Assembly: GCA_947487165.1 (NCBI GenBank)
Contig: CANKWX010000011.1
Location: forward strand, 355-64,354
DNA: 64,000 bases
Source of the DNA: Burkholderiales bacterium
GTDB lineage: Bacteria; Pseudomonadota; Gammaproteobacteria; Burkholderiales; Burkholderiaceae_E
Reading direction: 5' to 3'
Shown here: piece by piece, positions 59,313 through 64,000 of the stretch
Layout of the letters: each line of letters begins with the position of its first letter
Position numbering within the stretch: position 1 is the stretch's first letter
Translations under genes and position numbers: made by a program
The notes under the pieces: generated by a model
Seen by the model: the letters and a program-made list of their open reading frames with translations, nothing else
What the model was told of the DNA's origin: nothing
Database searches by the model: none

Positions 59313-60064
59313 GCCTTGGTCGCGCGCTGGCCTTGCCGCTTGCGCCGGTTCTGATCTGGCAGGGCCGCAGGGTGCGGCGCGACACACCCAAGCTGCCCGA
59401 GGCCTGCGGCCCGCGCGAAGGCATTGATGGCGCTCACAAGTCAGATCAGTCTGGTGAGCCCGGTAAGCCTGACAAGTCACTAAGGCTGCTGATCTTGGGC
59501 GACTCCTCAGCCGCCGGTGTCGGCGCCTCGCATCAGAGCGAGGCCCTGAGCGGCCAGTTGCGTGACTGCCTGACGTCGACACTTGCTGTGCCCTTGCACT
59601 GGCGCGTCGTGGCGCGCACCGGGATCGCCACCGTCGAGGCGCTCGCACTGCTCGACGAGGCGATGCCGGATCAGGCCGAGGCTTTCGACATTGCGCTGGT
59701 GGCGCTGGGTGTCAACGATGTCACCGCGCTGCGCGGTGTGTCGCAATGGCTCGCCGATGTTGATCGCGTGTGTGCGCGGCTTCGTGAGCGGCACTTGGTG
59801 AAGCGAGTGATCTGGTCGGGGCTGCCGCCGATGCACCGCTTCCCGGCCTTGCCGCAGCCCCTGCGCACGGTGATGGGCCTGCATGCACGTGCCCTAGATC
59901 GGGCGCTTGCCGCGCATTTCTCTCGTGATGGCTCAGCGAGCGGGCGGCGGCACATCGCGATGCCGCTGATGCCTGAGGGGGCGGTGGCAAGTGACGGGTT
60001 TCACCCCGGCCCGCTTGCTTATGCGCGCTGGGCGCAGACCCTGCACCGTGCGCTCGATCAATAA
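59309..60064 (+). CDS. SGNH/GDSL hydrolase family protein
   Basis: Block I LLILGDSSAAGVG, block III GVNDV, block V DGFHP. GTG start overlaps the upstream stop. Confidence 0.75.
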   Translation: MSLGRALALPLAPVLIWQGRRVRRDTPKLPEACGPREGIDGAHKSDQSGEPGKPDKSLRLLILGDSSAAGVGASHQSEALSGQLRDCLTSTLAVPLHWRVVARTGIATVEALALLDEAMPDQAEAFDIALVALGVNDVTALRGVSQWLADVDRVCARLRERHLVKRVIWSGLPPMHRFPALPQPLRTVMGLHARALDRALAAHFSRDGSASGRRHIAMPLMPEGAVASDGFHPGPLAYARWAQTLHRALDQ

Positions 60065-60092
60065 AAAACCCGCCTGAATCAGGCGGGTTTTT
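60063..60092. terminator. Bidirectional rho-independent terminator
   Basis: AAAAAA-CCCGCCTG-aat-CAGGCGGG-TTTTT. Perfect 8-bp GC stem with a 3-nt loop and an A-run/T-run on either side. Lies between convergent SGNH hydrolase and PEP-CTERM genes. Confidence 0.85.
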
Positions 60093-60132
60093 CGATGGCA
60101 GCCCGCTGTCAGGCGGGCGGTGAAGCGTCGTC

Positions 60133-61077
60133 TCAGACCCGACGACGGCGCGTGCCGGCGGCCAGACCCGCGCCACCCAGCAGGAAGAGCGCAAGGCTTG
60201 AAGGCAGCGGCACGTCGGCGGTGGTGGTGCGAAGCCAGTCGTTGCCGCAGATCTCGCCCCAGTGCACCGTGAACTCGTTGCCAAGGCCGAGCGCAGCGAA
60301 GTTGGTGATGGTGGCCTGATAGATGTAGTGGCTGCCGCCGAGCGTCTCGTAGGCCATCGTCGCCGAGGTGCTGGTGTTAAGGGTGTAGCCCGAGGTGGCG
60401 ATCTGCGACGGGGCAGGGACGTTGTTCCAGCCCGTCAAGCCGGTCTCCCAACCTTGAGGGCTGGAAGTCGTGCCGGTGGTGGCGCTGGTGGTGGTCACGC
60501 TGCCACGCAGGTTCACCAGTCCGCCGGCTGCCAGCGGCGTGGTGTAACCGGTGGTGTTGCCGCTGCCATTCATGGTGAAGTTCTGGCCGGTGGTTTCCAG
60601 GCCGATCTTGGGTGAAAAGGTGCTGCCCGACAGCGAGCCGAGGAAGAAGTCGCCCATGCCGTAGGTCGAGGTGATGCCGGTGGTGCACGGAGTGGGGCCG
60701 GGACAGGCGGCCAGCGACTGCATCTGGCTGAATGGCGCACCGGCTACGCCGGTGATGATCAGACTGCTCCCGACTTTCTGCACATAAAGCGCTTCCAGGT
60801 CATAGGGCTGACCCCCGTAGCCGGCACCGGTTCGGAGGTTGCCAGCCGAGTAGTCGACAATCTCTCTGGCCACGCCGGCCGCGGTCGGCGTCCAGTAGCT
60901 GCTCGCACGGTCATTGTTGCCGAGGTCGGTCGTCGTATTGACGCCGATGCCGGTCAGATAGTCAGTGAGCGGCCCGGCACTCGCCACCGGCGCCCAGCAG
61001 ACTGCCGCAATCGCGAGCATCGCGCTCGCCGGGACCAGTCGAAAAGAAAGCTTGTTCGATCGCAGCATGGTGAACAT
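60133..61077 (-). CDS. PEP-CTERM sorting-domain secreted protein, T/S/G-rich, unknown function
   Basis: N-terminal signal peptide. C-terminal VPLPSSLALFLLGGAGLAAGTRRRRV is the PEP-like motif plus TM plus Arg cluster. Alternative ATG at 61068. Confidence 0.8.
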   Translation of the reverse strand: MFTMLRSNKLSFRLVPASAMLAIAAVCWAPVASAGPLTDYLTGIGVNTTTDLGNNDRASSYWTPTAAGVAREIVDYSAGNLRTGAGYGGQPYDLEALYVQKVGSSLIITGVAGAPFSQMQSLAACPGPTPCTTGITSTYGMGDFFLGSLSGSTFSPKIGLETTGQNFTMNGSGNTTGYTTPLAAGGLVNLRGSVTTTSATTGTTSSPQGWETGLTGWNNVPAPSQIATSGYTLNTSTSATMAYETLGGSHYIYQATITNFAALGLGNEFTVHWGEICGNDWLRTTTADVPLPSSLALFLLGGAGLAAGTRRRRV

Positions 61078-61155
61078 CCTATTTCTTGAGCGGAGTCAAT
61101 AACCCGACGAACGGTCGGTACCCACCCAATATGATTGGATGCAGCCATCGCTGCG

Positions 61156-61169
61156 GTGAACTAGTTCAC
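61156..61169. promoter_or_regulatory. Perfect 14-bp palindrome upstream of the PEP-CTERM gene
   Basis: GTGAACTAGTTCAC is self-complementary. It lies 1 nt from the PCuAC stop and about 80-90 nt upstream of the PEP-CTERM start. A 2-nt centre is too short for a hairpin terminator. Confidence 0.3.
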
Positions 61170-61170
61170 G

Positions 61171-61677
61171 TCAGTGCTTATGTTCTGCGGCCGGCTTGGC
61201 GCCAGCACCTGCATTCAGTGCGCGCACCGGCACGTCCACATTCACGTTGTGACGCTTCGAGTCGGGCCCTTCGACGATCAGCGTGAGCGGCACGGTATCG
61301 CCGGCATTCAGCGGCTTTTTCAGGTCCATCAGCATCACGTGATAGCCGCCGGGTTTCAGCTCGACCGGCTTGCCGGGCGGCAGCGCCAAAGCGCGGATCG
61401 GCCGCATGCGCATGACATTGCCGTCCATCTTCATTTCATGGATCTCGACCGTGCCGGCGACCGGCGAGTGCACCTCAACCAGCCGGCTCTCGCCGGGTGC
61501 GGTCAGAGTCATGAAAGCGCCGGTGGCTTTCTGCTCGGCCACGGTGCCCCGCACCCAGGAGTCGGTGATCGTCACGACCTGGGCGAAAGCCTGCAGCGGC
61601 GCGAGCCCCATGCAGAGCGTCAGGGTGAGCGCGACCGCAGCAAGTGCGCGGGGCAGAATCGATTTGAATTTCGGCAT
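61171..61677 (-). CDS. Periplasmic copper chaperone PCu(A)C (DUF461)
   Basis: Signal peptide and Cu(I) motif ...VEIHEMKMDGNVMRM...GGYHVMLMDL. ATG 61677 inside ORF 61171-61773. Confidence 0.8.
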   Translation of the reverse strand: MPKFKSILPRALAAVALTLTLCMGLAPLQAFAQVVTITDSWVRGTVAEQKATGAFMTLTAPGESRLVEVHSPVAGTVEIHEMKMDGNVMRMRPIRALALPPGKPVELKPGGYHVMLMDLKKPLNAGDTVPLTLIVEGPDSKRHNVNVDVPVRALNAGAGAKPAAEHKH

Positions 61678-61778
61678 GGTCGGGATGTCCTCGGGCAGGC
61701 AGGCAGGCAGCGCGAGGATACCATCGACGGTTATCCTGATCTGACCCACCCGACCGACAACCCCGAGCCGCACCCGCC

Positions 61779-62564
61779 ATGACCCGATTCCTGCAGGAAA
61801 CCCGCGACGGTGCCGTCGTGACCCTCACCCTCAACGACCCTGACCGGCGCAATGCGCTCTCGAACCAGGCGCAATGGGACGAGGTAGCCCAGGCCTGCCT
61901 GCGCATCGGTCGCGACACCGAGGTTCGTTGCCTGATCATCACCGGCGCCGGCAGCGCGTTTTGCGCCGGCGGCAATGTCAAGGACATGCAGGACAAGGCC
62001 GGCATCGCCGCCGGCTCGCCCGAGCAGATCCGCGACGGCTATCGCCACGGCATCCAGCAGATACCGCTTGCGCTCTATCAGCTCGATATCCCCACGATTG
62101 CCGCGGTCAACGGCCCGGCGATTGGTGCGGGTTGCGATCTGGCCTGCATGTGCGACATCCGCATCGCCTCCGACCGCGCGCGCTTTGCCGAGAGCTTCGT
62201 CAAGCTTGGGCTCATCCCCGGTGATGGCGGTGCCTGGCTGTTGCCGCGGGTGGTCGGCATGTCGAAGGCGGCCGAGATGACCTTCACCGGCGATGCGATC
62301 GACGCCACTGAGGCCCTGGCCTGCGGCCTGGTCTCGAAGGTGGTCGCGCCCGATCGGTTGATGGACGAAGCCCGTGCGCTGGCCGCACGCATCGCCGCCA
62401 ACCCGGCACCGGCGCTGCGCATGGCCAAGCGCCTGATGCGCGAGGGCCAGCATATGCGGCTCGATTCATTGCTCGAGATGTCGGCCGCCTTTCAGGCGAT
62501 CGCCCATCACACGCCCGAGCACGACGTGGCGCTCGCGGCCTTCGTTGCTTCGATGAAGAAATAG
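61779..62564 (+). CDS. Enoyl-CoA hydratase/isomerase family protein (crotonase fold)
   Basis: ITGAGSAFCAGGNV and AAVNGPAIGAGCDLACMCDIRIA oxyanion-hole segments. Confidence 0.88.
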   Translation: MTRFLQETRDGAVVTLTLNDPDRRNALSNQAQWDEVAQACLRIGRDTEVRCLIITGAGSAFCAGGNVKDMQDKAGIAAGSPEQIRDGYRHGIQQIPLALYQLDIPTIAAVNGPAIGAGCDLACMCDIRIASDRARFAESFVKLGLIPGDGGAWLLPRVVGMSKAAEMTFTGDAIDATEALACGLVSKVVAPDRLMDEARALAARIAANPAPALRMAKRLMREGQHMRLDSLLEMSAAFQAIAHHTPEHDVALAAFVASMKK

Positions 62565-64000
62565 ATGCGCCCGTCTTCTGCCTCATCGTCTGTGCTGCCG
62601 GCCACGCCGCGCCCGCGCGAACGCTCCGACTTCGAGACACTGCGCAGTCTTTTCCCCTACCTCTGGGAATTTCGCTGGCGCGTGCTGGTGGCGATCACCT
62701 GTCTGGTGGCGGCCAAGGTTGCGGTGGTCGGTGTGCCGGTCGTGCTCAAGCAGATCGTCGATCTGCTGGTGCCGGCCGGTGGGCAGGCGGGCGTCCTGCT
62801 GGCGGTGCCGCTTGGCCTTTTGGCCGCCTATGGCCTGCTGCGTCTTGCCTCGACCTTCTTTACCGAGCTGCGCGAATTTGTTTTTGCGCGCGTCACGCAG
62901 CGCGCGGTGCGCAATGTGGCGCTCAAGGTCTTCCGGCATCTGCACGGGCTGTCGCTGCGCTTTCACCTCGACCGTCAGACCGGCGGGCTGACCCGCGACA
63001 TCGAGCGCGGCACGCGCGGCATTGCCAGCCTGGTGTCCTATACCCTCTACAGCATCCTGCCGACGCTTGTGGAGATCACGCTGGTGATCGGCTACCTGGT
63101 GCTGCACTACGACGTCTGGTTTGCCGGCATCGCCGGCATTGCGCTGGTGCTCTACATCATCTACACGATTGTGATCACCGAATGGCGCACCGAGTTCCGG
63201 CGTTCGATGAACGAGCTCGACTCCAAGGCCAATGTGCGCGCGATCGACTCGCTGCTCAACTACGAGACGGTGAAGTACTTCGGCAACGAGGAGTTCGAGG
63301 CCCGCCGCTACGACGAGAGCATGCAGCGCTGGGAGCGCGCTGCGGTGCGCAGCCAGACCTCGCTGTCGGTGCTCAATGTCGGGCAGGCCCTGATCATCTC
63401 GGTGGCGGTCACGCTCATGGTCTGGCGCGCGACCGTCGGCGTGGTCGAGGGCCGCATGTCGATCGGCGATCTGGTGCTGGTCAACGCCTTCATGATCCAG
63501 CTCTATATGCCGCTGAATTTTCTGGGCGTGCTCTATCGCGAGATCAAGCAGAGCCTGGCCGATATGGAGCGCCTGTTCAGCCTGCTCGATGCCAACCGCG
63601 AGGTCGATGATTCACCGGGTGCTGCCCCCCTGAAGCTGAGCGGTGCACCCGAAATCCGCTTCGACAAGGTGGCCTTCGCCTATGAGTCCAACCGCCAGAT
63701 CTTGCACGAGCTCAGTTTTGTGGTGCCCGCCGGCACGACCACCGCGGTGGTCGGCTCGAGCGGCGCCGGCAAGTCCACCATCGGCCGGCTGCTCTTTCGC
63801 TTTTACGACGTGACCAGCGGCGCGATCACCATTGATGGTCACGACCTGCGCTCGGTCACGCAGTCGAGCCTGCGCCGCTCGATCGGCATCGTGCCGCAGG
63901 ACACCGTGCTCTTTAACGACAGCCTGCGCTACAACGTGGCCTACGGCGAGCCTGAGGCTGCAGCCGCCGACATTGAGGCGGCCGCCGATTCAGCGCAGCT
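62565..64000 (+). CDS. ABC transporter permease/ATPase fusion, Atm1/ABCB7-like exporter (3' end beyond the window)
   Basis: Not in the ORF track because it runs off the window. My own translation from ATG 62565 gives MRPSSASSSV...FPYLWEFRWRV..., NYETVKYFGNEEFE, then Walker A GSSGAGKST near 63760. Open to position 64000. Confidence 0.85.
   Translation, partial: MRPSSASSSVLPATPRPRERSDFETLRSLFPYLWEFRWRVLVAITCLVAAKVAVVGVPVVLKQIVDLLVPAGGQAGVLLAVPLGLLAAYGLLRLASTFFTELREFVFARVTQRAVRNVALKVFRHLHGLSLRFHLDRQTGGLTRDIERGTRGIASLVSYTLYSILPTLVEITLVIGYLVLHYDVWFAGIAGIALVLYIIYTIVITEWRTEFRRSMNELDSKANVRAIDSLLNYETVKYFGNEEFEARRYDESMQRWERAAVRSQTSLSVLNVGQALIISVAVTLMVWRATVGVVEGRMSIGDLVLVNAFMIQLYMPLNFLGVLYREIKQSLADMERLFSLLDANREVDDSPGAAPLKLSGAPEIRFDKVAFAYESNRQILHELSFVVPAGTTTAVVGSSGAGKSTIGRLLFRFYDVTSGAITIDGHDLRSVTQSSLRRSIGIVPQDTVLFNDSLRYNVAYGEPEAAAADIEAAADSAQ

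Overview
A visibly GC-rich, gene-dense chromosomal window that looks betaproteobacterial, Burkholderiales-like. This guess rests on two orphan Bug/TctC-family binding proteins and the synteny fmdB-DUF502-aspS-nudB-EEP-clsB. I call 59 protein-coding genes, the last one truncated by the window end. I found no rRNA, tRNA, CRISPR array, transposase, integrase or prophage signature. Most long ORFs in the six-frame track are antisense shadows of real genes, which is typical at this GC content.

Main blocks:
1. 0.2-8.6 kb: mixed metabolism. Amidase, MaoC hydratase, an orphan P450, and mtnA translationally coupled to a FucA-like aldolase.
2. 8.6-12.3 kb: divergent uvrA/ssb.
3. 12.3-21.5 kb: hmgA, then housekeeping genes (aspS, nudB, clsB).
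4. A ligase-associated DNA-damage-response (DDR) system split into three pieces. These are exonuclease plus ATP-ligase plus a coupled DUF429 gene at 21.5-25.2 kb, the DEXH helicase at 37.5-40.3 kb, and pdeM at 43.4-44.3 kb.
5. Between those pieces: an acyl-CoA operon (an alpha/beta-type acyl-CoA dehydrogenase pair, an acyl-CoA ligase, an HD-domain protein), a Dpp/Opp-type ABC transporter, a halohydrin-dehalogenase-like SDR, and an FAD-oxidoreductase/ornithine-cyclodeaminase pair.
6. 45.7-48.7 kb: a translationally coupled operon of SDR, DUF1214, DUF1254 and a fatty-acid-hydroxylase-type enzyme. Function unknown.
7. 48.9-51.9 kb: a stand-alone PufC-like tetraheme lipoprotein cytochrome convergent with a HiPIP gene, and an MCP.
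8. 52.1-60.1 kb: a TetR-controlled beta-oxidation operon.
9. 60.1-64.0 kb: an orphan PEP-CTERM protein, PCuAC, a crotonase and an Atm1-type ABC exporter.

Nothing here is demonstrably a new system. The best candidates for a second look are the DUF1214/DUF1254 lipid-type operon, the orphan PufC-like/HiPIP module, the halohydrin-dehalogenase-like gene, and the fragmented DDR cluster with its DUF429 rider. All functional calls come from motif and family recognition by eye, with no database search.
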